This document shows positions 35,165-44,832 of a DNA stretch of 64,000 nt, in pieces. The position numbers were made by a program, and so were the translations under genes. Each line of letters begins with the position of its first letter. The first letter of the stretch is position 1. The notes below the pieces were generated by a model. The model was not told where the DNA came from. It worked only from the letters and a program-made list of their open reading frames with translations, and did not search any database. Location: the NCBI GenBank assembly GCA_035532215.1, contig DATKRK010000278.1, positions 2,563 through 66,562 on the forward strand, written 5' to 3'. This stretch comes from Pirellulales bacterium. Its GTDB lineage: Bacteria > Planctomycetota > Planctomycetia > Pirellulales > JAICIG01.

Positions 35165-35176
35165 TGCTGAAAATGA

Positions 35177-35319
35177 GAGATCGCGAAAGGGCGAAAACGC
35201 GAAAAGAAAGAATACTCGCCTGAACCGCCGATGCGTCAACGATTGATTCGCTTTAGTTGGCGGCGCTCTTGAGCCTCAACGCCCCACGAGTTTCGCCCTT
35301 TCGCGTTTTCGCGATTTAC
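35177..35319. repeat. Pair of inverted CGCGAAAGGGCGAAAACGCGAAA-type units in the gcvH-gcvPA spacer
   Basis: Units at 35177..35206 and 35290..35319 are built from the same modules (TTCGCGTTTTCG, CCCTTTCGCG) in opposite orientation. Confidence 0.5.
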
Positions 35320-35362
35320 CCGCGTCGCAAACCACGTCTTCCGCTTGTTTTCACGATAATCA

Positions 35363-36706
35363 ATGCCCTACCTGCTCAATACGCCCGAAGACCAAAAAGC
35401 GATGCTCGACGCGATCGGCGTGGGCTCGATCGACGACTTGTTCGAGATGGTGCCGAGCGAACTGCGGCTCGCTCGCCCGCTCGATCTGCCGCCGGCCCTG
35501 ACCGAATTGGAACTGACCTCGCACCTCAGCCGCCTGGCGAACAAGAACGTCTCGGCCGACCAGCGCGTCTGCTTTCTGGGGGCCGGAAGCTACGACCACT
35601 TCATCCCTGCCGCGGTCGACATGCTCGCTTCGCGCGGCGAGTATTACACTTCGTACACGCCCTACCAGGCCGAAGCCAGCCAGGGCAACCTGCAAGCCTT
35701 TTTCGAGTATCAGACGCTGATCTGCCGGCTGACGGGCATGGACGTCTCGAACGCCAGTTTGTACGACGGCGGCAGCGCGGCGGCCGAAGCAGCCTTCATG
35801 TGCATGCACGCCACGGGGCGTCACGGCCGCGTCGTCACGGCTGCCAGCGTTCACCCGGAATACCGGCAGATTCTGGCGACGCACTTGAACAACCTGGGCA
35901 TCGAGTTGGTAACGGTCGGCGCGGCGACAGGCGGCGTTTCGCCCGCCGAGTTGGCCGCGGCGGTCGACGAGCACACGGCGTGCGTGCTCGTTCAGCAGCC
36001 GAACTTTTTCGGCTGCCTCGAAGAGGTCGACGAAATCGCCCGCATCGCGCACGATGCCGGCACCTTGCTGGCCGTGTCGGTTGATCCGATCAGCTTGGGC
36101 CTGCTGAAGCGGCCGGGCGACTACGGCGCCGACGTGGTCGTGGCCGAAGGCCAGTCGCTCGGCAGCCCGATGGCTTATGGCGGGCCGTACCTGGGCATCA
36201 TGGCTTGTCGGGAGAAACTCGTGCGGCGGATGCCGGGCCGCGTCGCCGGGCAAACGGTCGATCGTCGCGGCAAGCGCTGTTGGGTGTTGACGCTGCAAAC
36301 GCGCGAACAACACATCCGCCGCGAAAAGGCCACCAGCAACATCTGCACGAATCAGGGCCTGTACGCCTTGCGGGCTGCGATTTACCTATCGTTGATGGGG
36401 CCGCGAGGCATGCGCGAGGTAGCCGAGCTTTGCCTGCGCAAAAGCCGCTACGCCCTCGGCCGGTTGGCTGCCGGCAAGCGACTGGCCCCGGCCTTCGACC
36501 GCCCGGCGTTCAAGGAGTTCGTCGTGCGCGACAGCCAGGGCGAAGTCGAGGAGCTGTTGGCCCAGGGCGAAAAGGCCGGGTTCTTCGCCGGCGTGCCGCT
36601 CGCGCGTTGGTATCCGGAACTGGCCGATTGTTTCTTGGTGACCGTCACCGAAAAGCGCACCAAGGCCGAGATCGACGCCCTGGCCAATTGTTTGGGTGCG
36701 GTGTAA
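35363..36706 (+). CDS. gcvPA: Glycine dehydrogenase (decarboxylating) subunit 1
   Basis: MPYLLNTPEDQKAMLDAIGV..., FLGAGSYDHFIPAAVD, YTPYQAEASQGNLQAFFEYQT. Confidence 0.92.
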   Translation: MPYLLNTPEDQKAMLDAIGVGSIDDLFEMVPSELRLARPLDLPPALTELELTSHLSRLANKNVSADQRVCFLGAGSYDHFIPAAVDMLASRGEYYTSYTPYQAEASQGNLQAFFEYQTLICRLTGMDVSNASLYDGGSAAAEAAFMCMHATGRHGRVVTAASVHPEYRQILATHLNNLGIELVTVGAATGGVSPAELAAAVDEHTACVLVQQPNFFGCLEEVDEIARIAHDAGTLLAVSVDPISLGLLKRPGDYGADVVVAEGQSLGSPMAYGGPYLGIMACREKLVRRMPGRVAGQTVDRRGKRCWVLTLQTREQHIRREKATSNICTNQGLYALRAAIYLSLMGPRGMREVAELCLRKSRYALGRLAAGKRLAPAFDRPAFKEFVVRDSQGEVEELLAQGEKAGFFAGVPLARWYPELADCFLVTVTEKRTKAEIDALANCLGAV

Positions 36707-36781
36707 ATCGTTCCAGTACGTTGCCCCCCTCAAGTGCGCCAGAACGTTTAAGACCGAACCTGCTTCAGTAACGAGAACCTG

Positions 36782-38236
36782 ATGCGAAATACCCGAGCCA
36801 CGCTGCCGTTGTTCGAATTGTCGAAGCCTGGGCGTCGTGCCGCGCGATTGCCGAAGTCGGACGTGCCCGAGACGCCGCTGGAAGAATTGCTGCCGGCCGA
36901 AGCGCTGGCCGCCGAGCCGCCGGCTTTGCCCGAGTTGGCCGAGCCCGACGTGGTGCGGCACTTCACGAACCTCTCGACCTTGAACATGTCGGTCGACACG
37001 CATTTCTATCCGCTCGGTTCGTGTACGATGAAGTACAACCCCAAGCGCAACGAGCGGCTCGCCGCGCTGCCGGGCCTGGCCAACCTGCACCCGTATCAGC
37101 CCGAGCACACGCTGCAAGGCTTGCTGCAGTTGCTTTGGGAATTGCAGGAAATGCTGGCCGAGATCGCCGGGCTCGATGCCGTGTCGCTGCAGCCGGCGGC
37201 CGGCGCGCATGGCGAAATGACGGCGCTGCTGGCGGCTCGGGCCTATTTTCGCCATCAAGGCCAGCCGCGCACCAAAGTCTTGGCGCCCGACAGTTCGCAC
37301 GGCACCAATCCGGCCAGCGCTGCGATGGTCGGCTTCGAGTCGGTCACCGTGAAGAGTACGCCCAAGGGTTTCGTCGATCTGGACGATCTGCGGGCCAAGC
37401 TCGACGCCGAGACGGCGGTGTTCATGATCACCAATCCCAACACGCTGGGCATGTTCGACCGGCAGATTCGCCAGATCGCCGACCTGGTCCACGAGGCGGG
37501 CGGACTGATCTATCTCGACGGCGCCAACATGAACGCCATGCTCGGCATCAGCCGGCCCGGCGATTGCGGCGCCGACATGATGCACTTCAATCCGCACAAG
37601 ACATTCAGCGGACCGCACGGCGGCGGCGGCCCCGGCGCCGGGCCAATCGCGGTGCGCAAAAAGCTGGAGCCCTATCTGCCCGTGCCGGTCGTCGTGCGCG
37701 ACGGCGAGACCTATCGCCTGGCCTTCGATCGGCCGCAATCGATCGGCCGCGTGCGCAGCTTCTTCGGCAACGTCGGGGTGTTGATTCGAGCCTATTGTTA
37801 CCTGCGTACGCACGGGCCCGACGGGTTGCGGCGCGTCAGCGAGAACGCCGTGCTGAACGCCAACTATCTGCTCAGCCGGTTGAAGCACATCTTCCCTGTG
37901 CCTCAAGGCGACCGCTGCATGCACGAATTCGTCGCTTCGGCAGCCAGGCTGAAGGCCGAAAAGGGCGTATCGGCGATGGACATCGCCAAGCGTTTGCTCG
38001 ACTATGGCTTCCACGCTCCGACCATCTATTTCCCGCTCACGGTTCGCGAGGCGATGATGATCGAGCCGACCGAAACCGAGAGCAAGGAAACGCTCGACGC
38101 CTTCGCCCAGACGATGTTTCGCATCACCGAAGAGCCGGCCGATCTGTTGCACGAAGCGCCTCACACCACGATCACCAGTCGTCCCGACGAAGTGCAAGCC
38201 GCTCGCAAGCCGGTGATGACGTGGCCGAAAGCGTGA
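36782..38236 (+). CDS. gcvPB: Glycine dehydrogenase (decarboxylating) subunit 2
   Basis: FYPLGSCTMKYNPK, SSHGTNPASA, and the PLP-lysine region HFNPHKTFSGPHGGGGPG. Confidence 0.92.
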   Translation: MRNTRATLPLFELSKPGRRAARLPKSDVPETPLEELLPAEALAAEPPALPELAEPDVVRHFTNLSTLNMSVDTHFYPLGSCTMKYNPKRNERLAALPGLANLHPYQPEHTLQGLLQLLWELQEMLAEIAGLDAVSLQPAAGAHGEMTALLAARAYFRHQGQPRTKVLAPDSSHGTNPASAAMVGFESVTVKSTPKGFVDLDDLRAKLDAETAVFMITNPNTLGMFDRQIRQIADLVHEAGGLIYLDGANMNAMLGISRPGDCGADMMHFNPHKTFSGPHGGGGPGAGPIAVRKKLEPYLPVPVVVRDGETYRLAFDRPQSIGRVRSFFGNVGVLIRAYCYLRTHGPDGLRRVSENAVLNANYLLSRLKHIFPVPQGDRCMHEFVASAARLKAEKGVSAMDIAKRLLDYGFHAPTIYFPLTVREAMMIEPTETESKETLDAFAQTMFRITEEPADLLHEAPHTTITSRPDEVQAARKPVMTWPKA

Positions 38237-38316
38237 TCGCCGTAAAATAGCGGGCGCCGAGCGAGAACGCCGCCGCCGATCGATTTTCCTACTCCCTGCC
38301 CCCCTCTCTTTGCTCC

Positions 38317-39069
38317 ATGCTCGCTTGCCGCCTGATCCTCGATCCGCCGGGCCCTGGCGCCTGGAACATGGCGGTCGACGAGGCGCTGCTGGAGAGCGGC
38401 GGTCAAGATGACGAGTGGACGCTGCGATTCTACGGCTGGTCGGAGCCGACCCTCTCGCTCGGGTACTTTCAAAGCGTGGCGAGTCGTCAGATTCACACGG
38501 CCAGCCGTTCTTGTCCGCTCGTTCGCCGGCAAAGCGGCGGGGGCGCCATCGTTCACGATGCAGAACTGACGTATTCGCTAACCGTCCCCGCTCGCCACGC
38601 GCTGGCCCGCGACTCGCAACGGCTCTATCGGGCTGTTCATGCTGCGTTCGTTGGGGCGTTGGCTTCGGCGGGCATTTCCGCCGAACTGTATGAAACTCTG
38701 TCTGCTCCGCGCCCGGCATCTGCTTCCTCCGAACCGTTTCTGTGCTTCAACCGGCGGGGCATCGGCGACATCTTGATTGGCACGTCAAAAGTGGGGGGCA
38801 GCGCCCAACGCCGAAGAGGGGGCTCGGTCTTGCAGCACGGCAGCCTGCTGCTACGCCGTTCGGCTGCCGCCCCGGAGTTGCCGGGCATTGAAGATCTATG
38901 CCGCCAAGTGCGTTCGTGGGAGGAGTGGCGGTCGTTGTTTTCGGGCAAGTTAGTGCAGAGTTTGGAGATCGCGGCCCGGGCGGCGCCGCTGAGCGAATCG
39001 CTCCGCCAACGGGCGGCGGACCTGGCCCAAGATAAGTACGCAGCGCCGTCTTGGAATGCGCGGCGCTAA
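38317..39069 (+). CDS. Lipoate-protein ligase / octanoyltransferase family (BPL_LplA_LipB domain)
   Basis: WNMAVDEALLES, RFYGWSEPTLSLGYFQ, RRQSGGGAIVHDAELTYSL, GTSKVGGSAQRRRGGSVLQHGSLLL. Follows the gcv genes on the same strand. Confidence 0.8.
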   Translation: MLACRLILDPPGPGAWNMAVDEALLESGGQDDEWTLRFYGWSEPTLSLGYFQSVASRQIHTASRSCPLVRRQSGGGAIVHDAELTYSLTVPARHALARDSQRLYRAVHAAFVGALASAGISAELYETLSAPRPASASSEPFLCFNRRGIGDILIGTSKVGGSAQRRRGGSVLQHGSLLLRRSAAAPELPGIEDLCRQVRSWEEWRSLFSGKLVQSLEIAARAAPLSESLRQRAADLAQDKYAAPSWNARR

Positions 39070-39444
39070 AAGGCAATTGCGATAAATTCAGGAATAAAGG
39101 GGATTGATTTCCACGACAAATCTGAGAAGATGGCGAAGGAAGCTGGAACTGAGAGCAGGCGTACACTGCATTCGCAGTGCCGAAGTCAACGGCGGCGCCA
39201 TGAATGAGTCGCAAGGATCGCAATCGATTAAAGCCGACATTTCGTCGTCGGCGTTTGTTCATACCTATAATGTTTTCAGGCAGTCCGTGTTGGATTGCCG
39301 ATGAATTGAGTGAGGGCAGTTCATTTATATTTTTCGGTCAAGATCGAGCGTGCGACAGGGCTTTTAAGCAAGGTGCTCGTATACCGCGCTGATTACGTTG
39401 ATTCTTGATTGTTCCCGTACCTTTCCGCGGAGCAATGTCGCGCA

Positions 39445-40140
39445 ATGGAAGTAAGACTGAAAGTTTTGGTGGGCAAGAGTGCGGGGCAAGAACTGTTGAT
39501 CCCGGGCCCAAAGTTCTTCATTGGGCGCGCGGAAGACTGCCAGCTTAGACCTCGAAGCGACTTGATTAGCCGACACCACTGCGCACTGCTGGTGGAAGAC
39601 GGCTTTTTGGCGATTCGAGATTTCGGCAGCAAAAACGGCACGCTCGTTAATGGCGAGCGCGTCGCGGGCGAGCGAGAATTGAAAGCAGGCGACAAACTCA
39701 CGGTCGGGCCGTTGGAGTTCGAAGTTTGTGTCCTCGCCACGACTGCCGCCAAAAAACGCCCCAAGGTCGAAAGCGTCAAAGAGGCCGCTGCACGAACAGC
39801 GGAAGGCGCCAGCGACAACATCGACGTCAGCCAATGGTTGACCGATAAGGACAAGGAAGGCTCGACCGAAACGCGGGTGATCAACGTCAACGAGACGAGC
39901 GAGATCGACCTGAGTTCAAAACGCGATGCATCGGCGTCGACCTCGCTTTCCGGGGAAAACTTGGACGGGCAAGCGAGGGAAACGGTCGAAGCAACCGCCG
40001 AAAAGGCCGAGGCCGGCAAGGCGGCGCCCGACAAGAAACGGACTCCCGGCAAGTTGCCCCCGATTCCTCCGAAAAGCGGTAACCTCGACACTGGGGGCGC
40101 CGCGGCCGACGTCTTGAACAAGTTCTTCAAACGCCGTTGA
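39445..40140 (+). CDS. FHA domain protein with low-complexity C-terminal tail
   Basis: FFIGRAEDCQLRPRSDLISRHHCALLVEDGFLAIRDFGSKNGTLVNGERV is a canonical FHA core. Confidence 0.85.
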   Translation: MEVRLKVLVGKSAGQELLIPGPKFFIGRAEDCQLRPRSDLISRHHCALLVEDGFLAIRDFGSKNGTLVNGERVAGERELKAGDKLTVGPLEFEVCVLATTAAKKRPKVESVKEAAARTAEGASDNIDVSQWLTDKDKEGSTETRVINVNETSEIDLSSKRDASASTSLSGENLDGQARETVEATAEKAEAGKAAPDKKRTPGKLPPIPPKSGNLDTGGAAADVLNKFFKRR

Positions 40141-40493
40141 CCAGTTTGACGAAGAAGGGGGGTATAGGCCCCCTGCTCGAACAACGTCAGGCGGGTTTCC
40201 ATACGGCGGGTCTTCTCGGCAGGGGCAGTCCTTAACGAGTTGTTGTTGCTCGTTTTGGCAGCGCATCTCGCCCCAGCGCGCCGCTGGACGGATTCTCCCC
40301 CGGCCGCCGCCGTGCCTCTCCGCTGCGAACAGTCCATGCTGGCCTGGAAAACGGCTGCGCGCCCGACTGCGCTCCAAAGCGACCGTTTTGCGCTTGCTCA
40401 GGCTACCGCCGCTGGCTAGTTTCAAGCGTTGAATTGCGGCGATAGCAAGCGTCGTGCGAAGCTACGCAGCCCGCGGGGAAGGAGTAGCACTCT

Positions 40494-40697
40494 ATGTCGA
40501 CCGATGACGACGCATTGAAACGGCGTTACCGCGAATTCCTGGATCTAATGCCGCTGACCGAAGCCATTGCCGGGCTTCCGGTCAACGCCGGGCCGCGCAG
40601 CCTGACGCACGAGCAGATGGAAGCTCGAGCCCAGACCCTCGCAACCGCCTTCAAATTGGCTAAACAAACGGTCCGAGAGGCAATTAAGGCGCCTTGA
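40494..40697 (+). CDS. Hypothetical small protein (67 aa)
   Basis: AAGGAG lies 9 nt upstream of the ATG. Balanced composition. No family recognised. Confidence 0.5.
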   Translation: MSTDDDALKRRYREFLDLMPLTEAIAGLPVNAGPRSLTHEQMEARAQTLATAFKLAKQTVREAIKAP

Positions 40698-40759
40698 CCC
40701 TCATTCTTTGGCCGACTTATAGTTGATAGGGAGCCGATGGTCCCCTGGAATTCCCAACC

Positions 40760-41038
40760 GTGCGATCCCCTTTGGACCACGAGGCGTCTCCATTGAAAGC
40801 CAGCCGCAAAGAACGTAAGCGAGCCGCGATACTCGGGTTGGGGCTCGATGGCGACGACGGTCATACCCGTCTGACGCGGGGCAAGAACTTCGTGCTGTAT
40901 GGCGGTTCGGAAGAAACCCATTCCTCCATGCAGGAAACGGCAATCAAGGTCAACGAGCAACTCGACCGCCGCGGCAAGCGCTTGGAAGACGTATCGCCCG
41001 GAGAACTGGCCGACATCTTTCGCGACGTCGCCGGCTGA
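40760..41038 (+). CDS. Hypothetical small protein (92 aa)
   Basis: GTG start. ILGLGLDGDDGHTRLTRGKNFVLYGGSEETHSSMQETAIKVNEQL looks like a folded conserved module. No family name assigned. Confidence 0.5.
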   Translation: MRSPLDHEASPLKASRKERKRAAILGLGLDGDDGHTRLTRGKNFVLYGGSEETHSSMQETAIKVNEQLDRRGKRLEDVSPGELADIFRDVAG

Positions 41039-41203
41039 CCGCGCCCTGCGGAAGCCCTTGAATCGAACGGCGCCGGCGTTAAGCTCCTGGCGTCGAAGGC
41101 TTTTGGGAAGGCAAATCCGCGGGAAACCCGCCCAATGCCTGAAACCGCAACGCGCTTCGCCGGGTAATCTCTTCCAGAAGGTCGAAGGTTCGGCCGCCGA
41201 GGT

Positions 41204-41776
41204 GTGCAGTTGCCCGAGGACGTTCTCGAACTGGTCAGACGAAGCCTGAGGGGGGATCAGTCCGCCATGGCTGATCTCGTCGATCAGTTTCGCGGTCAGG
41301 TCTTTGGGCTTTGCTACCGCATGTTGGGCCATCGCCAGGACGCCGAAGACGTGACTCAGGAGGCATTCGTTCGAGCTTTGCGAAGTTTGGCAAGCTTCGA
41401 CATTCGCCGCGAGTTCCGCCCCTGGCTGCTGGCGATCGCCGGCAACCGATGCCGTAGTTTTCAAGCCTCGCGGACGCGCCAGCCAAGGCAGACGGACGAA
41501 ATCGAAAAGCTGCCCGATCGGGCGGGAGACGGGCAGCAGGCAAGGAATCTGGCCGAGGAAGTCGAATTCGCTTTGAGTCGCTTGCGCGTCGAATATCGGC
41601 AGGCTTTCGTTTTGTTTCACGAACACCAACTGAGTTACGCGGAAATCGCCGAATCGCTGGATTGCCCGGTGGGAACGGTGAAAACCTGGGTCCGCCGGGC
41701 GCGCCGCGAGTTGGCCGATCAATTACGACGCCGCGGCGTCGTCCAGGAGTTCCCGGATGCAGTGCGCAGAGTTTGA
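41204..41776 (+). CDS. ECF-type RNA polymerase sigma-70 family factor
   Basis: Region 2 (GLCYRMLGHRQDAEDVTQEAFVRALRSLASFD, FRPWLLAIAGNRC). Region 4 (YRQAFVLFHEHQLSYAEIAESLDCPVGTVKTWVRRARREL). Confidence 0.85.
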   Translation: MQLPEDVLELVRRSLRGDQSAMADLVDQFRGQVFGLCYRMLGHRQDAEDVTQEAFVRALRSLASFDIRREFRPWLLAIAGNRCRSFQASRTRQPRQTDEIEKLPDRAGDGQQARNLAEEVEFALSRLRVEYRQAFVLFHEHQLSYAEIAESLDCPVGTVKTWVRRARRELADQLRRRGVVQEFPDAVRRV

Positions 41777-42542
41777 ATCTCGATTGAACGATTTGCTCGA
41801 TGAGCGATTGCGTCTCGACGCCGACTTCCTGCTGTCGGAGCATGCCCGGTGCTGCCGCGAGTGCCGCAACCTGGCGGCGGCCTACGAGGCGGTTGTGGTT
41901 GGCCTCGAACAGAGCCGTCCGCCGGAACCCGGCGTCGATCTGGCCGCGAGAGTCTTAACCGACATGGCGGTCGCATCCGGTTCCTGCTTGCCACGACCAG
42001 CCGCGCTGACCGAAGGCCATTCAAAGCGCGTTTTACCAGGGCGCCAACGCTTATTCGACGGCCGCATCTTGCATCGCCGCGTCTCGATGCTCGCCGCCTT
42101 GGCGGCCGCGATGCTGCTGGCCGTCGCTCTGCGCTGGGCGGTCGGCCCTATCGCAATGGAGCCTGCCGGCCGCAACCACGACGGCTTGGCCCCCCAGAAA
42201 CAGCCAGGCGAGCCGCTCGTAGTGCAGCACGCGATGGCGCCGGACACTGTCGCCCGTCTGTCGGGGCGCCAACCGCCGATCTTGGAAGAGCAGGCAACAG
42301 GCAGCGATTCCTTCCGCGGTTTGGCGGCCGAAACGAGCCAGAGTTTCGCGGTGGCCATGCAGCTCTTTCCTGGCGTCGGCGCCGCCCCGCAAGACGCCGG
42401 CGAAGCGTCGGCGAACGATCCCGCTTCCGATTGGGTGCATGGCCTTTCTGACGGGTTGAAACCGGTGACTCGCCCCACGGCTGGGGCCTTGAACAGCTTC
42501 TTGCAATTGCTGGCGGCCGGCGAAAAGGGCTCTCGTTCATGA
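41757..42542 (+). CDS. Putative anti-sigma factor (zf-HC2 type) with one TM segment
   Basis: MQCAEFESRLNDLLDE...HARCCRECR contains the Hx3Cx2C motif. TM segment MLAALAAAMLLAVAL. A 20-nt overlap joins it to the sigma gene. Confidence 0.7.
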   Translation: MQCAEFESRLNDLLDERLRLDADFLLSEHARCCRECRNLAAAYEAVVVGLEQSRPPEPGVDLAARVLTDMAVASGSCLPRPAALTEGHSKRVLPGRQRLFDGRILHRRVSMLAALAAAMLLAVALRWAVGPIAMEPAGRNHDGLAPQKQPGEPLVVQHAMAPDTVARLSGRQPPILEEQATGSDSFRGLAAETSQSFAVAMQLFPGVGAAPQDAGEASANDPASDWVHGLSDGLKPVTRPTAGALNSFLQLLAAGEKGSRS

Positions 42543-44398
42543 GGCGTCTGCGGCTCGAACTGTGGCGGAAGTCGCTGATCTGGGCGTGCCTGCTCGCGGT
42601 ATCGCTCGGCGGCGGGGGCGTCGTAGAAGCCCAAGCGCCCAACCCCGAAACCGCGCAAGCGGTAAGTCTGGCGGCGCTCGTGCCGTCCGACGTCGGCTTG
42701 TGCATCGAGACCGACCGCCTGGCCGAGCACGTCGCGCGCTTCATGAACGGACCGCTGTTCGAGCGGCTGGCGCACTTCCCGCCGTTGACCCATTGGGTCG
42801 GGCAAAACGGCGCCAAGATCGGCATGGCGCAGAGCGAGTTTCACAAGCGGCTCGGCGCTTCGCCGGCCGAGGTTTGGGCGGGAATTCTGGGCGGGCGAGC
42901 GCTGTTCGCCGTTTGGCCGCCGGCCGGCGACAGCACGGACGGACCTGCGCTGTTGTTGGTGGAGGCCAAAGATCGGCGCCTGCTCAAGCGAGTGCTCGAC
43001 AATCTCGTCGCCCTGCAGCGCGACGCCGGGAAGTTGAAAAAAACATCGACGCTCGAACACGCCGGCCTGCGGTGCGAAGTCCATTGGCTCGCCTCGGGCG
43101 AGAACCGCGATCAACTTTACCTCACCACGCTCGATAACCTAGCGATCGTCGCCAACGACGAAGGCCTGATTCGCGACGCACTTTCCTTGAGTGCATCGGC
43201 CGAGGGACCTCGCGGCGCGTTGGCCTCGCTTCCAGGATACGCGGCGGGCAGCCAGCGGCTCTCGTCGCAAACCGCCGTGCGGTTATTCGTCAATCCGCGT
43301 CCCTGGGACGCAGGGCTGCTGGCCGATTTGAAACGCAAGCCGCCCGAATCGCAGGACGCGCGATTCCAGAAAGCGATGATCGAGACCTGGCAAGCCACCG
43401 ATTACATTGTCGCCGGACTCGAATTGGGCTCTCAAGCGACGCTGGAAAGTTTCGCCGCTTGGCGCACCTCGGACCTGCCGCCGGCCGTGCGCGAGGCGGC
43501 CGAAAGCGTCAGCGGAGGCGCCGCGTTCGCCGAGCGGATTCCCCGCCACGCACTGGCGGCGGTCGCCGGCCGAATTGATTGGGGACGGCTCGTTTGGCGT
43601 TTCGCGCTGCCCAGGCGCGCTGCGGCCAACGCGGTCGACGAGCCAGGGGCCGAGATCGTGCCTGGCATATCGGGCGATTGGTTGTTGCCCGCCGCTTTGG
43701 CGCACGGCATCGGCCCCGATTTCGGCGCCTATCTCGTGCCGCGCCCCGACGAGGCTTCCCGTGAGCACGAATCGCGGCTCCCGATGGATTTGGTCGCGGG
43801 CCTGCAAACCCGCCCGCTGGAACCGGGCGACGGGCGACCGTCGCTGGCCAAGCTGGCCGAACCCGTGGTGCATAGTCTGCTGACTTCGGCGACGGCTGCG
43901 ACCAACGCCCAAGCGGCGCAGCCTGCAGCGAGCTTGGAGACGATCGACTTGGGCGGCATTGCGATGACTTCGGTCGCCGGTTTGCCTGGTCCCCGCGGCC
44001 GGCCGTTGGCGGCCACGTATGCCGTGGTCGGCGACGATTTTTGGGTCGCGAGTTCTCCGGCGGCGCTGCGCCGCGCGGTGGAGTTGCCTGCTGCAGATTC
44101 GTTAGCCGCTGCGGCGACGTTCGATCGCGTAAAAAACCCGAGCCACTTGTTCTACGTCGACCTGAAAGGCGTCCGGCAACTGCTGGCATCGTCGCCCGGG
44201 ATCGTCGAGTTTCTGGCTGCCAGCAAAGGACTCGACCGTGACGCGGCTCGGCGCAGCTTTCGCGAATTGCTGGCGATCGGCGAACTTGCCGATGCGGTTT
44301 CGGTCGCCGCCCGGCTTGATGAAACGGGCGTAGCGGCCAGCCTTTCCATCGCCGCGCAAAGCCCGCTAGCAGCCGAAACCCGCGCAGGCGCCGACTGA
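42539..44398 (+). CDS. Hypothetical secreted protein (619 aa, Ala-rich)
   Basis: Signal-like LIWACLLAVSLGGGGVVEAQA. ATGA overlap with the anti-sigma gene. No family recognised. Confidence 0.6.
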   Translation: MRRLRLELWRKSLIWACLLAVSLGGGGVVEAQAPNPETAQAVSLAALVPSDVGLCIETDRLAEHVARFMNGPLFERLAHFPPLTHWVGQNGAKIGMAQSEFHKRLGASPAEVWAGILGGRALFAVWPPAGDSTDGPALLLVEAKDRRLLKRVLDNLVALQRDAGKLKKTSTLEHAGLRCEVHWLASGENRDQLYLTTLDNLAIVANDEGLIRDALSLSASAEGPRGALASLPGYAAGSQRLSSQTAVRLFVNPRPWDAGLLADLKRKPPESQDARFQKAMIETWQATDYIVAGLELGSQATLESFAAWRTSDLPPAVREAAESVSGGAAFAERIPRHALAAVAGRIDWGRLVWRFALPRRAAANAVDEPGAEIVPGISGDWLLPAALAHGIGPDFGAYLVPRPDEASREHESRLPMDLVAGLQTRPLEPGDGRPSLAKLAEPVVHSLLTSATAATNAQAAQPAASLETIDLGGIAMTSVAGLPGPRGRPLAATYAVVGDDFWVASSPAALRRAVELPAADSLAAAATFDRVKNPSHLFYVDLKGVRQLLASSPGIVEFLAASKGLDRDAARRSFRELLAIGELADAVSVAARLDETGVAASLSIAAQSPLAAETRAGAD

Positions 44399-44517
44399 AA
44401 GCTGGCGGACCACGCCCGCGCAGGGTCTTGCGACCGCCGATCCAAACGGCCTCGGCATCCGTACTGCATGGGTCGCGGCGAGCCGCGCCCTGTAACGACC
44501 GGGGACCTGGCGCCGCT

Positions 44518-44655
44518 CTAGCCCGGATTATTCATCAGCCCACACTAACCCGAAGCGCAAGCGAGGTGGAGCAATCGCCTTACCTCGCTAGCGCTTCGGG
44601 TTAGTGTGAAGCGCTTTGTCGAGCATTCTCGGGGTTGATGAATAATCCGGACTAG
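44518..44655. mobile_element. 138-bp MITE-like nested palindromic element, copy 2
   Basis: Same length and architecture as 18317..18454. The left TIR is identical. The right TIR is slightly degenerate (GGGGTTGATGAATAATCCGGACTAG). Bounded by CTAG on both sides. Confidence 0.65.
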
Positions 44656-44832
44656 AGGGTGCAGAATTCGGGGGGGCGCCGGCAAATCTCGACCTCGATC
44701 GCGCCCGTTGAGGTTGTTCGCCGGCCGCAATGCGGTTTCAATAGGGGCGGATCACGAATGCAGGCCGGACCGGCGCCGGCATCGGAATCGGAGTTTGCCG
44801 CCGGGAGGTCTCGAAGTGTGCAAAGGAGTCGG

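Noticed and set aside
39104-39304. 66-aa ORF inside the AT-richer island, considered as a possible small gene.
   Set aside because: Non-ATG start, no ribosome-binding site, and composition and codon third positions unlike the surrounding GC3-rich genes. Treated as non-coding.
44659-44832. N-terminal 58 codons of track ORF 44659..46074, and likewise the upstream extensions of ORFs 20484, 19878, 33507, 34697, 28802(+), 53285 and 59970.
   Set aside because: The extensions run through repeat elements or lack ribosome-binding sites. Downstream in-frame starts are preceded by AGGAG-like sites and followed immediately by signal peptides or the conserved N-termini of the families.
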